64,000 bases of DNA from Sedimentisphaerales bacterium (GCA_963708075.1 OY970194.1:1600001-1664000), one strand, 5' to 3'. Counted from the first letter of the stretch, positions 9,458-19,095 are shown. The notes: generated from the sequence alone by a model not told the origin. Made by a program: numbers and translations.

Positions 9458-10763
9458 ATGAACCACACGAGACGTCACCCGAGTACGGCACAGTGTCTGT
9501 TTGTGGCCACCCTGCTCCTTTTGGGCTGGGTAGCGCCGCTGCTGGCCCAGGACATCATCGGCAACTGGGACATGACGATGGACTTCAACGGAAACAAGTC
9601 CCTTGCCACGCTGATGATCACGAAGAACCCGGATGGCGCGCTCAGCGGCAAATGGGGCGCCTCCGACCTGTCCAATGTCAGACTGGAAGGTGACAAGCTC
9701 ACCTTCACTCGCACCGTAAAGTTCGGGGACAATGAGTTCACATCGAACTACGCCGGCACGGTAAAGGACGGCAAGATCACCGGCCAGTGGTCGAGCGATC
9801 GCGGCGAATTCGAGAACCAACGGCGTCAAAGTAAAGCCGATGTCCCCCGCTGCGGGTGTCTGGGAGCTCAAGTACGCCATCGGAGATCGCGACGTCACCG
9901 CCAAGATGACGATTGCCCAGAAGCCGGACGGCACGCTGGACGTCAAGTACGCCAGCCAGATGGGCGAGAGCGTAGTCTCCAATGCCAAGTTCCAGGACGG
10001 CAAGCTCACCTTCGACCGCACGGCCAAGTTCAACGACCAGGAATTCAAGATGACCTTTGCGGGCGCGATCGCGGGTGATAAGCTAACCGGCGCGTTCAAG
10101 AGCGACATGGGCGAGGTGCCCGTCGCCGGCACCCGGCTCGGCGGTGCACTCATCGGCAAATGGATTCTGACCTCCGTCTCCGAGCGAGGCACTCGCAACC
10201 TGCTGATGACCGTCAACCCGGACCTGTCCGGCCGATACGAGTTCTTCTTCAGCGAGATCCCGATGAAGGACCTCAAGCTCGAAGGCAATCAGGTGACTTT
10301 CACCATCGAGTCCAGCTTCGGCGACCAGACCTTCAAGAGCGAGTTCAAGGGCAAGCTGGAAGACGGCATGCTCAAGGGCCAGATGACCTCGGAGCGGGGC
10401 ACCAGCGAGATCACCGGCAAGAAGCTTCCGCCCGCGACGGCCTCCGCCTCAGTGGCGGGCACCTCCGGATCGTCAATCGTCGGCACGTGGGAGTTCACCC
10501 GGGAAGGCCAGGACGGCACGCGACGCACCAGCACGCTGAAGATCAAGCCGGATATGACCGGAACCTACACTATGCGCGACAACGAAGTGCCCGTGACGGA
10601 CCTCAAAGTCAGCGGCGATGACGTGACCTTCAAAGTGGTCGTGAAGTTCAACGAGAACGAAGTCCCGATGGAGTTCAAGGGCAAGCTGGAAGGCAAGACC
10701 CTCAAAGGCGAGTTCACCACGTCGAGAGGCGCCCGAGAGGCCGTCGGCAAAAAGATCGACTGA
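9458..10763 (+). CDS. Secreted protein with four tandem beta-rich repeats; split by an apparent frameshift near 9815
   Basis: Signal peptide; repeats start IIGNW, AAGVW, LIGKW, IVGTW, each with .K..G..LTF/VTF and F.G...D..L.G. ORFs 9458-10078 and 9840-10763 join if one base is removed from gagaacc. Confidence 0.75.
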
Positions 10764-10804
10764 CCGGTACAATCACGGTCGCGATATTCAGCAGGATGGC
10801 AACC

Positions 10805-10883
10805 GCAGGGTGTGCACCGTACGCCATGCCCGGCCCGGACAAGAATCCGACGCTCGGGACAGGGCATGCACAGCACACCCTGC
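10805..10883. repeat. Inverted REP pair related to the RAYT-flanking REP
   Basis: gcagggtgtgc...gcatgcacagcacaccctgc; resembles gtagggtgtgccgtgcacacc (reverse complement of 50005-50025); lies between convergent genes. Confidence 0.7.
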
Positions 10884-10900
10884 GGGCTGCTTTTGTGGCA

Positions 10901-11218
10901 TCAACCCTGGAAGCCGATGATGCCCTTTTTCTTCGAGATAATCACCGCGCGCTGGCCGGGATCGTCCACAGGATCGGCGGGTGTTTTCTTCGGACGTACC
11001 TGTTTGACTTCCACGTCCGACTCGTCGGCAGCCGCACTATCAGCGGCGGCGGCTTCCGGTGCGGCTGAGCCGAGGTATTTTTCGCGCAACTTGTCCATCG
11101 ACGCGCCGGGTTTGACCGCTTGCCGTACCGTATCCGGCGTCGGCTTCGACGACGAATCGACGATCTCCATGTCCGGCAGGCTTTCTTTCACGATGTCTTT
11201 TGTTGTTTTCTTTGTCAT
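10901..11218 (-). CDS. Small hypothetical protein (105 aa), probable partner of the upstream MBL-protease
   Basis: GAAAGGTGG RBS before ATG 11218; protein-like composition; 80 bp downstream of and co-oriented with 11299-13803. Confidence 0.75.
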   Translation of the reverse strand: MTKKTTKDIVKESLPDMEIVDSSSKPTPDTVRQAVKPGASMDKLREKYLGSAAPEAAAADSAAADESDVEVKQVRPKKTPADPVDDPGQRAVIISKKKGIIGFQG

Positions 11219-11298
11219 GGTCCACCTTTCTTACAGGTACCCTCATTTTACCACATCGGGCGGCCGATTTTCACAACCAAAATGCTCGTGCCGACGGA

Positions 11299-13803
11299 TT
11301 ACCACCCTAACCCCAGGCAAGTGTACTGCCGCAATATCTTGACCTCGACCGCCTGGCTGAATGCGTCGGTACGTCCGTGCGGCATACGCCGGGCAAATTC
11401 CTTCTTGGCTATGAACAGCGCCTCGGCTGGTGGCTTACCTTGGGTGAGGGCAGCCCAGAAGGCATCGTGCATGGGCTTGCCGAAGTAGTCATAGGGTGGT
11501 TGCACCGGCGAGTAGTGTGATCCGGTGCAGCCGACGAATGCCAAGGCACCCGCCTGCAGGTAGGCAATCGCCACGGACGTTTCGGGCCCGCGAGGCCGCA
11601 GGGGCGTCCCGGGGCTAGCCTTCGACGCCGGCGGCGTCATCGCCAGCGCTCCCCAGCAACAGCCGGTGAAGACGACCACCCCGGCCGCCGCGCGTGGGAC
11701 GTTCTCGATGGCGAACGCTTCATAGGCCGCCCCGCCCTTCGTCTCCCCCCAGAAGCGAGTCGCGTCGCGAGCTGAGCCGTGCAGCATGAAGTAGACCGCA
11801 CCGGCGGCCCCTTCCGCCAGGACGTCCTCCGGCGCGAATACCTCGGACACCTCCAACCGGCCGCCTCTGCCGGGAAGGCTCGGGAAGACCGTGGTGGCGA
11901 ATGGCCGATGTACGTTGCGCACCCCGAACCTCGCACCGGAAGCAAACCGGCGAGCCTGAAGCGCGCCGAAGACGATATCGGACCGACGCCCATCAGGCAC
12001 ACGACTGACCGGCAAGTCGGGTATGAAGTCGCCATCCAGGTCCCCGTACAACTCATCGCTCCAGACGATGAAATCGTCCGCGTCCTGGCCATCGAAACCG
12101 GCGTCTTCCACCCTTTTGCGCAGTGTGGCATCCAACACGTCGAGCCGGTGTGCGGGAACCACATCGAACCCGCCAAGCAGCACGACGCCGGCATACTGGC
12201 CCTCTCGCAGCTTGGGCCGGACGATGTCCGCCGCATGCTCCGCGGTCTTCACCGCGGGGGGAAGGTCTACCACGCGAATCGACGGTGTTCTTTCCAACGC
12301 CCGGAACACCTGGGATGCCTCCAGACGCCCAATGTTGGTTTCCAGGGCCGCCCGCGAGGTGACAAACAACAGCTTCGGCAGAGGACGGTCGCCGCCCAAC
12401 CGCAGTACGCGAGCTTTGGCCAAAACGTCGGACTCAGGCGGCAACTGGGACTCACCCGGCTCCACACGGATCGTCAACGTCACTCCGCCGGCTCCCTGCG
12501 GTATGCGAGTGATGACCTCGATTGCCTCGCCATCACCGGCCCGCGGGACTCTGATCTCGCCGCCAACGGGCGACAGTCTGCGCACCTCGGCAACCACCGC
12601 TTGCGACTCAGGCTCGTCATAGGACGGGCTGACGCTGAAGTCATTCAGCCGACCCTTGCTCTTATTCATCTTGACCGTGCCGCGCTTCTCGACGGTGATG
12701 ATGCCGTTCCGGTCGGTCCGGGCAAAGGCCAACTGGTTCCTGCGGTCCTTCAGCAACTGGAGCACGCCTTCCTCCGGATGGGTGGGATCGTTGCGGCCCC
12801 CGCTGTGAGCGAACAGCTTCGTGGCGGACCAGTCACTGAGCAGAGCGTCATCCACGGCGTTGTAACTGCTATGGTGATTCAGCTTGATGAAGTCATAAGG
12901 GCCGGCATCCGCGATGCTCTGCCGCAAAGCATCCATCAGGGGGTCCAGGTCCGGCACTTCCGCCTTGGCGAGCTGCATATCACCGCCGAGCAACGCGGAC
13001 CATCCACCGGCTTCGAGCTTCAAGACGATGCTCTGGCCGTTCTTCGCGGCGCCCACTCCCGGCTGATCAGCAGCAAACTCGCCGGCATCCGCCATCCGGC
13101 GGGCCAGCAGACGGTAGGCCTCAGCCATCGCGGCGCTATCGGCGTCCGCTCCTATATCGTGCTGCGTCAGCGCCGCAACGAGGGCATCTGTCCCGTCCGT
13201 AATCGCCCGGGCGCACAACAGGAGCTGATCGTTCGTCGGACCCAGGATTTTCAGACCAAAGTCGGCGAACTCCGTTTCGATTTCCTGCACGGCGGAAGCC
13301 GGCGGCCGGCCGTAACGCACGATCTTGGTCCCCTGGTCCGCGAGCTGCTCCAGCATCCCGATGTACTTCTCTTCGAGGGTGACGTCCTCCGCAAGGAACT
13401 CCTCCAATTCGTCCTGAGGAAGATCGGAATAATCTTCTTCCTGGAGAGCGGCGATCAGCGCCCGCTGGGACGCAAGCAAGTCCAGTGAATCGGTGGGCCC
13501 CCTCCCTTGCGCGTCCCTCCCCCAGCCAAGCTGCTCATCAGCCACCAGTGCGGCCTTCGCGGTCAAGTCCCCCGTGGCGACGAGCGCCGGCAGGCAACCG
13601 ATGTGGTCGCTGTGGCAATGGGTGACGATCAGGAGATCGACTTCGAAGGGCGGTGCGTGGTCAAACAGCTTTCGGAGTTGTGAACGGATACTGGCGGTGT
13701 CCCCCGGATGACCACCATCGATCAGGATCGAGCGAGCCCCCCGGCGAACGAGCACGCAATCACCATATTTTACCTTTCCCATGTCCAACAGATCGATGCG
13801 CAT
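11299..13803 (-). CDS. ComEC-like MBL-fold metallo-hydrolase fused to a C-terminal peptidase C25 (gingipain/caspase-hemoglobinase fold) domain
   Basis: N-terminal: GDCVLV, LIDGG, THCHSDHIG, NGQSIVL, LLGGD, KLNHHSS, THP, RTDRNG. C-terminal: VVLLGGFDVVP, SDELYGDLDGDFIPDLPVSRVP, YFMLHGS, VFTGCCWG, AFVGCT. No signal peptide or TM segment; AGGAGAAAGG before ATG 13803. Confidence 0.8.
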   Translation of the reverse strand: MRIDLLDMGKVKYGDCVLVRRGARSILIDGGHPGDTASIRSQLRKLFDHAPPFEVDLLIVTHCHSDHIGCLPALVATGDLTAKAALVADEQLGWGRDAQGRGPTDSLDLLASQRALIAALQEEDYSDLPQDELEEFLAEDVTLEEKYIGMLEQLADQGTKIVRYGRPPASAVQEIETEFADFGLKILGPTNDQLLLCARAITDGTDALVAALTQHDIGADADSAAMAEAYRLLARRMADAGEFAADQPGVGAAKNGQSIVLKLEAGGWSALLGGDMQLAKAEVPDLDPLMDALRQSIADAGPYDFIKLNHHSSYNAVDDALLSDWSATKLFAHSGGRNDPTHPEEGVLQLLKDRRNQLAFARTDRNGIITVEKRGTVKMNKSKGRLNDFSVSPSYDEPESQAVVAEVRRLSPVGGEIRVPRAGDGEAIEVITRIPQGAGGVTLTIRVEPGESQLPPESDVLAKARVLRLGGDRPLPKLLFVTSRAALETNIGRLEASQVFRALERTPSIRVVDLPPAVKTAEHAADIVRPKLREGQYAGVVLLGGFDVVPAHRLDVLDATLRKRVEDAGFDGQDADDFIVWSDELYGDLDGDFIPDLPVSRVPDGRRSDIVFGALQARRFASGARFGVRNVHRPFATTVFPSLPGRGGRLEVSEVFAPEDVLAEGAAGAVYFMLHGSARDATRFWGETKGGAAYEAFAIENVPRAAAGVVVFTGCCWGALAMTPPASKASPGTPLRPRGPETSVAIAYLQAGALAFVGCTGSHYSPVQPPYDYFGKPMHDAFWAALTQGKPPAEALFIAKKEFARRMPHGRTDAFSQAVEVKILRQYTCLGLGW

Positions 13804-14043
13804 AGTCCCGCCTTTCTCCTCTCCGCTCATGTCCCGTCGAACTCTCCGAAGCACGGGCGGGGATGCACTGCGTCCAAGGATCCCGTCCTATGCTCTCACG
13901 CTGAATAATGTCTACGCCTATTGCTACGTTCCACATGCCGGCAACGTCGCGACCTCGTTCGCTTACGGTCGAGAACTTAGCACGGAGCCGCCGGCTTGTC
14001 AATAGGGTCCAGAAAAAAAGAGAGACCGAGGCAGGAGTCCGGC

Positions 14044-14388
14044 TCAGGCGCCGGACATCGGGACAATGCAGAGGAATCGCAGGAGAGAATTGCCGGTGTT
14101 CTTGAAGCAGTGCTCGTCGTTGCCCGGGACGAAGATCACATCCTCTTTGGTCATCGGGTAGTCCTTGCCCTCGTGGACGAAGGTGCCGGCGCCTTCGAGG
14201 ATGAAGACCTCGTGCTCGTGCGGGTGGTGGTGCAAAGGAGTCTGGCCGCCGGGCTGGACTTCGAACATCCGCATGGCGAAATTCGGCGCGGCGTCGTCCT
14301 TGGAGATCAGCACGCGAATCGAGACCGCTTTGGCCCCTTCGACATTCACGGGCTTTTTGGCGATATTTGCACTCTTCTGCACCTTCAT
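14044..14388 (-). CDS. Cupin domain protein
   Basis: APNFAMRMFEVQPGGQTPLHHHPHEHEVFILEG, PGNDEHCFKN; AAAGGA before ATG 14388. Confidence 0.88.
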   Translation of the reverse strand: MKVQKSANIAKKPVNVEGAKAVSIRVLISKDDAAPNFAMRMFEVQPGGQTPLHHHPHEHEVFILEGAGTFVHEGKDYPMTKEDVIFVPGNDEHCFKNTGNSLLRFLCIVPMSGA

Positions 14389-14415
14389 CGGCAGTCCTTT
14401 CATCGGCAAGGTACT

Positions 14416-15879
14416 TCAACTGAGCTTCTTGCTGAGAATCTCGGCGGCGACTTTGGGATTGGCCTGGCCTTTGGTCTTTTGCATGACCTGGCCGAGCAGG
14501 AACCCGCGCGCTTTCTGGCTCTTCTTGCCGCCACTGGTGACATCGGCCACGGCGGCGGGATTGGCAGCCAGAATCTCATCGATGGTGGTCTCCAGCTCGC
14601 CGGCGTCGCTCTTCTGGACCAGGTTCAGCTCCTGTGCCAGGGCATCGGGCTTCTTGCCTGTCTCGACCATCGCGCCGAGGATTGTATTGGCGGCCGAGGC
14701 GCTGACGGCCCCGGCGTTCACCATCTTGGCCAACTCAGCCACGGCGCTCGGCCTCAGTCCCAGGCCGGGCAGATCGCGGCCGCGCTCGTTGGCGAGCTTC
14801 AGGCCGACCTGGGTGAGCAGGTTACACACGCGTTTCGGATCGCCGCCCTCGCGCACGGCCTGCTCGAAGAAATCAGCCGTCGAGCGGTCCCCCGTCAAGA
14901 CGCCCGCATCGTACTCGCTCAGGCCGTACTCGCGAACATACCGAACCTGTCTCTGCAAGGGCAGCTCGCAAAGACGCGAGCGAATCTCATCGAGCCATTG
15001 CGGCGTCGTGGTCACGGGGACAAGGTCGGGATCGGGAAAATAGCGATAGTCGTGAGCTTCCTCTTTCTCCCGCTGCAGGACCGTGGCCTCATGCTCGTCA
15101 TCCCAGCCGCGAGTGGACTTATTGCCCATCTGCATCGTGCGCCCGGTTTCGAGGAAGTCATCGAGCTGCCTGCGAACCTCGTAGGCGACGCTTCGCTCCA
15201 GGGCGCGAAAGCTGTTGAGGTTCTTGACCTCGGCAATCGGAGTCTTGAACTCCTGGCCCGCCCTTTCGATGACGAGGTTCACGTTCGGCTCGAAGCGCAT
15301 GTGGCCCTTCTGCATGTCGGCCTCGGAGATGCCGAGGTATCGCACGATCCGCTGCAACTCGACGGCCAAAGCCCGCACCTGCTCAGGACTGTCCATATCG
15401 GGTTCTGTGACGATCTCCAGCAAAGGCGTGCCGGCACGGTTCAGGTCCACCTGTGAGTAGTTGCCCGCCGTATGCAGGTTCTTGCCCGCATCCTCCTCCA
15501 GGTGCACACGCCGAATGCGGATTCGTTTCGTGGCCCCGCCCTCCAGCGGGATTTCGATATACCCCGGTCCGCCCAGGGGGAGATCGTACTGGCTGATCTG
15601 GTAATTCTTCGGCAGGTCCGGGTAGTAGTAACTCTTGCGGTCCCACTTGGTGAACTCGGCGACCTTGCAGTTCAGTGCCATCGCCGCAAGCATCGCGTAC
15701 TCCACGGCCTGCCCGTTCATCACCGGCAGCGCCCCCGGCATACCCAGGCACACCGGGCACACCCGGCTGTTGGCCTCCTCCCCAAAACTCAACGCGCAGC
15801 CGCAGAACATCTTCGTCCGCGTGCAAAGCTGCACGTGAATCTCCAGGCCGACAATCACGTTGTAGGACAGATCGCCCAT
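14416..15879 (-). CDS. gatB: Asp-tRNA(Asn)/Glu-tRNA(Gln) amidotransferase subunit B
   Basis: GLEIHVQL, CPVCLGMPGALP, YYYPDLPKNYQISQ, HLEEDAGK, NRAGTPLLEIVTEPD, EVKNLNSF, YRYFPDPDL. Confidence 0.98.
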   Translation of the reverse strand: MGDLSYNVIVGLEIHVQLCTRTKMFCGCALSFGEEANSRVCPVCLGMPGALPVMNGQAVEYAMLAAMALNCKVAEFTKWDRKSYYYPDLPKNYQISQYDLPLGGPGYIEIPLEGGATKRIRIRRVHLEEDAGKNLHTAGNYSQVDLNRAGTPLLEIVTEPDMDSPEQVRALAVELQRIVRYLGISEADMQKGHMRFEPNVNLVIERAGQEFKTPIAEVKNLNSFRALERSVAYEVRRQLDDFLETGRTMQMGNKSTRGWDDEHEATVLQREKEEAHDYRYFPDPDLVPVTTTPQWLDEIRSRLCELPLQRQVRYVREYGLSEYDAGVLTGDRSTADFFEQAVREGGDPKRVCNLLTQVGLKLANERGRDLPGLGLRPSAVAELAKMVNAGAVSASAANTILGAMVETGKKPDALAQELNLVQKSDAGELETTIDEILAANPAAVADVTSGGKKSQKARGFLLGQVMQKTKGQANPKVAAEILSKKLS

Positions 15880-15880
15880 A

Positions 15881-15940
15881 TCGATTTACGATTTACGATT
15901 TTTGATTGATAATTTTCAACAATCAGAAATCAACAATCTC
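15881..15940. repeat. Heptamer tandem-repeat hairpin filling the gatA-gatB junction
   Basis: cgattta cgattta cgatttt tgattga ... tcaacaa tcagaaa tcaacaa tc. Confidence 0.7.
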
Positions 15941-17414
15941 ACTTCACACTCTCCACAGGTCTTCTCGTGTGCCAACTCGTTCGGGCTTCGTACATGCGGG
16001 CCATCCGCAGCAGCTTGGCCTCGCTGAAGGCCGGCGTCAGGATTTGCAGGCCAATCGGCAGGCCGGCCCCGTCGAACCCGCATGGAACGCTGATTCCGGG
16101 AATGCCCGCGAGGTTGACCGCAATCGTGTAAATGTCCGACAGGTACATCTTCAACGGGTCGTCCACCTTCTCGCCGATCTTGAACGCCGTCGTGGGTGCC
16201 ACCGGCATCATTATGCAATCGCACCGCTCGAAGGCCCGGACGAAATCGCCCCGGATAAGGTTTCGCACCTTCAATGCCTTGAGGTAGTAGGCATCATAGT
16301 ACCCGCTCGACAATGCGTAGGTCCCGAGCATGATGCGTCGCTTGACCTCCTTGCCGAAGGCTTCTTCCCGTGATTTGGTGTAGACTTCGATGTAGTTGGC
16401 CGGATTCTTCGTGCGATAGCCGTAATGGACGCCGTCATAGCGGGCCAGATTGCTCGAAGCCTCAGCGGTCGCAATGACATAATAAGCCGCGATGGCGTAA
16501 TCCAGGTGCGGCATATCGACTTCGACGATCTCCGCGCCTGCATCGCGATAGCTGTTGATGGCCTTATTGATCGCGTCCTGGACCGCCGGCTCGGCCCCCG
16601 CGTTGAAGCCCGGAGCGACACCGATTCGGAGCCCCTCGACGGGCTCATCGAGCTTCTCCAGATAGTTGTCCACAGGCGCCAACTGCTCGTTCACGCTGGT
16701 ACTGTCCGCCGGATCATGTCCCGCGATCACGTTCAGGAGCATGGCCGCATCGGCCACCGTGCGAGTCATCGGCCCGACCTGATCCAGGCTGGAGCCGTAC
16801 GCGACCAGGCCGTAACGAGACACCCGCCCGTACGTGGGCTTGAGCCCGACGACACCGCAGAAACTGGCAGGTTGGCGGATCGAGCCGCCGGTGTCCGAGC
16901 CTAATGCGGCAAAGCACAGCCGGGCCGCCACCGCCGCCGCGGACCCACCGCTGCTGCCTCCAGGCACGCGCGACGTGTCCCACGGATTGACGGTCTTTCG
17001 CAGCCCCGAGTTCTCCGTGCTCGAACCCATGGCAAACTCGTCCATGTTGGTCTTGCCGAGGATAATCGCATCGGCGGCAACGAGCTTGCGGACCACCGTG
17101 GCATCATAGGGTGAGTGGAAGTTTTCGAGGATTCGAGAGCCGCAGGTCGTGGCGCCGAAGCTGGTGCACAGTACGTCTTTGATGGCGACAGGCACGCCGG
17201 CCAGCGGCCCGGCCGGTTCGCGTGCGGCAATCCGGCGATCTACATCCTTCGCAGCCTGCAGCGCCCTGTCACTGAATGTCGCCAGATATGCGCCGACAGT
17301 CGGGTCGATCCGGCGGATTCGATCCAGCACCGCCTGCGTCGCCTCCACGCTGCTGATCTGCCCGGCCGCAACCCGATCCCGCAACTCAATCGCTGTCAGC
17401 TCATCCACAGGCAT
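15939..17414 (-). CDS. gatA: Asp-tRNA(Asn)/Glu-tRNA(Gln) amidotransferase subunit A
   Basis: GKTNMDEFAMGSSTENS, PGGSSGGSAAAV, GSDTGGSIRQPA, EASSNLARYDG, EVKRRIMLGTYALS. Confidence 0.98.
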   Translation of the reverse strand: MPVDELTAIELRDRVAAGQISSVEATQAVLDRIRRIDPTVGAYLATFSDRALQAAKDVDRRIAAREPAGPLAGVPVAIKDVLCTSFGATTCGSRILENFHSPYDATVVRKLVAADAIILGKTNMDEFAMGSSTENSGLRKTVNPWDTSRVPGGSSGGSAAAVAARLCFAALGSDTGGSIRQPASFCGVVGLKPTYGRVSRYGLVAYGSSLDQVGPMTRTVADAAMLLNVIAGHDPADSTSVNEQLAPVDNYLEKLDEPVEGLRIGVAPGFNAGAEPAVQDAINKAINSYRDAGAEIVEVDMPHLDYAIAAYYVIATAEASSNLARYDGVHYGYRTKNPANYIEVYTKSREEAFGKEVKRRIMLGTYALSSGYYDAYYLKALKVRNLIRGDFVRAFERCDCIMMPVAPTTAFKIGEKVDDPLKMYLSDIYTIAVNLAGIPGISVPCGFDGAGLPIGLQILTPAFSEAKLLRMARMYEARTSWHTRRPVESVK

Positions 17415-17422
17415 GGTCCAGG

Positions 17423-18190
17423 CTACTTGCTCCCCGCGTTCTTGCGATGACTCAGGAACCACTCATAGAGCTTGGGGTTGTTGTACGTTTCGGTCCAGGA
17501 ATCGTGTTGCGCCTCGGGATAGACGGTCAGTTGCGCATTGCCGCCGACACGCTTCAGGGCCTCCACCATATCCGTCGACTCCCGCAGCGGCACCACGGGG
17601 TCTTTTGCCCCATGAAAAACCCAGGCCGGCACGTTCTTGAGCCTGTCGGCCAGGAACCAGTCCCCGCCGCCGCAGATCGGTGCAATCGCGGCGAACCGCT
17701 CCGGATGCCGGCTAGCCAAGGCCCACGTGCCAAACCCGCCCATGCTCAGGCCCGTCAGGTACACCTGATTGGGGTCCACGGCATACCGGGACTGAATATC
17801 ATCGAGCAACGCGACGAGCGGATCGAGCACCTCCGTCCACCATGCCTGAATCGGACACTGTGGCGACACGATAATGAACGGGAATTCTCTCCCCTGCTCG
17901 ACGAGCTTCGGCGGACCGTGCTTCTTGACGACTTCGAGGTTATCGCCCCGCTCGCCCGCCCCGTGCAGGAACAGGATCAGCGGCCATTTCTGCTCCTTTT
18001 TCTCGCCGTAGCCCTTGGGCAGGTACAGCAGGTAGCGCAGACTCGCTGTCTTGGTTATTTCCTTCTCGAACATCTGCTCGCTTTGCCCCCCATTGCCGCT
18101 TGCTCGCTCAGCCGCCATGCTCCACCCCGACAGGAACCCGACCCCCAACACGGCAATCAACACCAGACATGCCGACCGAATGGCTTTCAT
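17423..18190 (-). CDS. Secreted alpha/beta hydrolase (predicted peptidase/esterase)
   Basis: Signal peptide; PLILFLHGAGERG, GLSMGG nucleophile elbow, FHGAKD, H(DSW). Confidence 0.88.
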   Translation of the reverse strand: MKAIRSACLVLIAVLGVGFLSGWSMAAERASGNGGQSEQMFEKEITKTASLRYLLYLPKGYGEKKEQKWPLILFLHGAGERGDNLEVVKKHGPPKLVEQGREFPFIIVSPQCPIQAWWTEVLDPLVALLDDIQSRYAVDPNQVYLTGLSMGGFGTWALASRHPERFAAIAPICGGGDWFLADRLKNVPAWVFHGAKDPVVPLRESTDMVEALKRVGGNAQLTVYPEAQHDSWTETYNNPKLYEWFLSHRKNAGSK

Positions 18191-18213
18191 ATTCCGTATC
18201 TCCCCTACCCGAT

Positions 18214-18519
18214 TTACGCAGAACTGTCTTCGAGAATTTTCGGCACCTTGAAAAAAGATTCGTCCCGCTGCGGCGCGTTGGCCAGGGTCTTCTCCGTTCC
18301 CAGCGATTGTTGCACCTCATCGGCTCGAAACACGTTGCTGATTGGCAGACAATGCGCCAAGGGCTCGACGTTGCCGGTGTCCAGCTCGTTCATCTTCTCG
18401 ACGTACTGAAGGATCGCCCCGAGTTGGCCGGTGAACTCCTCGATCTCCGCCTCGGTCAGTTCCAGCCGGGCCAACTTGGCCACCTTGCGGACCTGTTCTG
18501 CATCGATCCTTTGATCCAT
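18214..18519 (-). CDS. gatC: Asp-tRNA(Asn)/Glu-tRNA(Gln) amidotransferase subunit C
   Basis: VRKVAKLARL, ILQYVEKMNELDT, FRAD, LANAP, FFKVPKIL. Confidence 0.95.
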   Translation of the reverse strand: MDQRIDAEQVRKVAKLARLELTEAEIEEFTGQLGAILQYVEKMNELDTGNVEPLAHCLPISNVFRADEVQQSLGTEKTLANAPQRDESFFKVPKILEDSSA

Positions 18520-18534
18520 ACGACCGCCCGATGT

Positions 18535-18568
18535 AAAGAAAAAGCGAGGCGTAAGAGGCCGCCCCGCT
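18535..18568 (-). terminator. Intrinsic terminator between rpmB and gatC
   Basis: Minus strand AGCGGGGCG-loop-CGCCTCGCT followed by TTTTCTTT. Confidence 0.6.
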
Positions 18569-18601
18569 GGGAAAAGCAATCCTCAGACCCCGTCCGCCGG
18601 C

Positions 18602-18859
18602 TTATTCAGAGGCGGGCTTATAGTTGCGTTTGAGCGGCTTCTGGATCAGCCCCATGTGAATGGCCTTGGCCGATACCCGGACCCGGACAACCTTGCCATC
18701 TACGATGGCGCGGACCTTCTGGATGTTCGGCTTGAACTGCCTCTTGCTGATGCCGGTGACCTTCTTACCGACGCCGCCGAGCCGTTTCGCCTTACCACGC
18801 CGGGAGATGCTCCTCCCGAAGACCGTCTTCCTACCCGTAAAATAGCACTCTCTCGACAT
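18602..18859 (-). CDS. rpmB: 50S ribosomal protein L28
   Basis: MSRECYFTGRK..G, KRQFKPNIQ, VRVSAKAI; AGGAG RBS. Confidence 0.95.
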   Translation of the reverse strand: MSRECYFTGRKTVFGRSISRRGKAKRLGGVGKKVTGISKRQFKPNIQKVRAIVDGKVVRVRVSAKAIHMGLIQKPLKRNYKPASE

Positions 18860-19095
18860 AAACTGCTCCTGCACGTTTTCTGCAACGAATCGTCGTTTGT
18901 CGTACAACCACTGGACCGCGGCCCCCTGCGAGGCGCGGAACCGGTATTTTACCCGACCACTGGCGTTTTGCAACAATTACCTGCCCCTTCAAATGAAAAA
19001 TCGTGCGTTTATCCCTGGTCGGAGCAGGACAAGGCGATGGCCCAAGGAGTCGGGACTTCTCCCACCGTTCACGAGATTCTCAGGGGTGAACCGCG

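Noticed and set aside
9800..9840. Programmed ribosomal frameshifting at the split genes
   Set aside because: No slippery heptamer or shared stimulatory structure at the breaks; scattered indel errors explain them more simply.
11779..13488. Long antisense ORF of 569 aa; similarly 952-1977, 13996-15456, 34786-36165, 42286-44136 and 62754-63971
   Set aside because: Shadow frames opposite well-supported genes in high-GC DNA, with no recognisable motifs.
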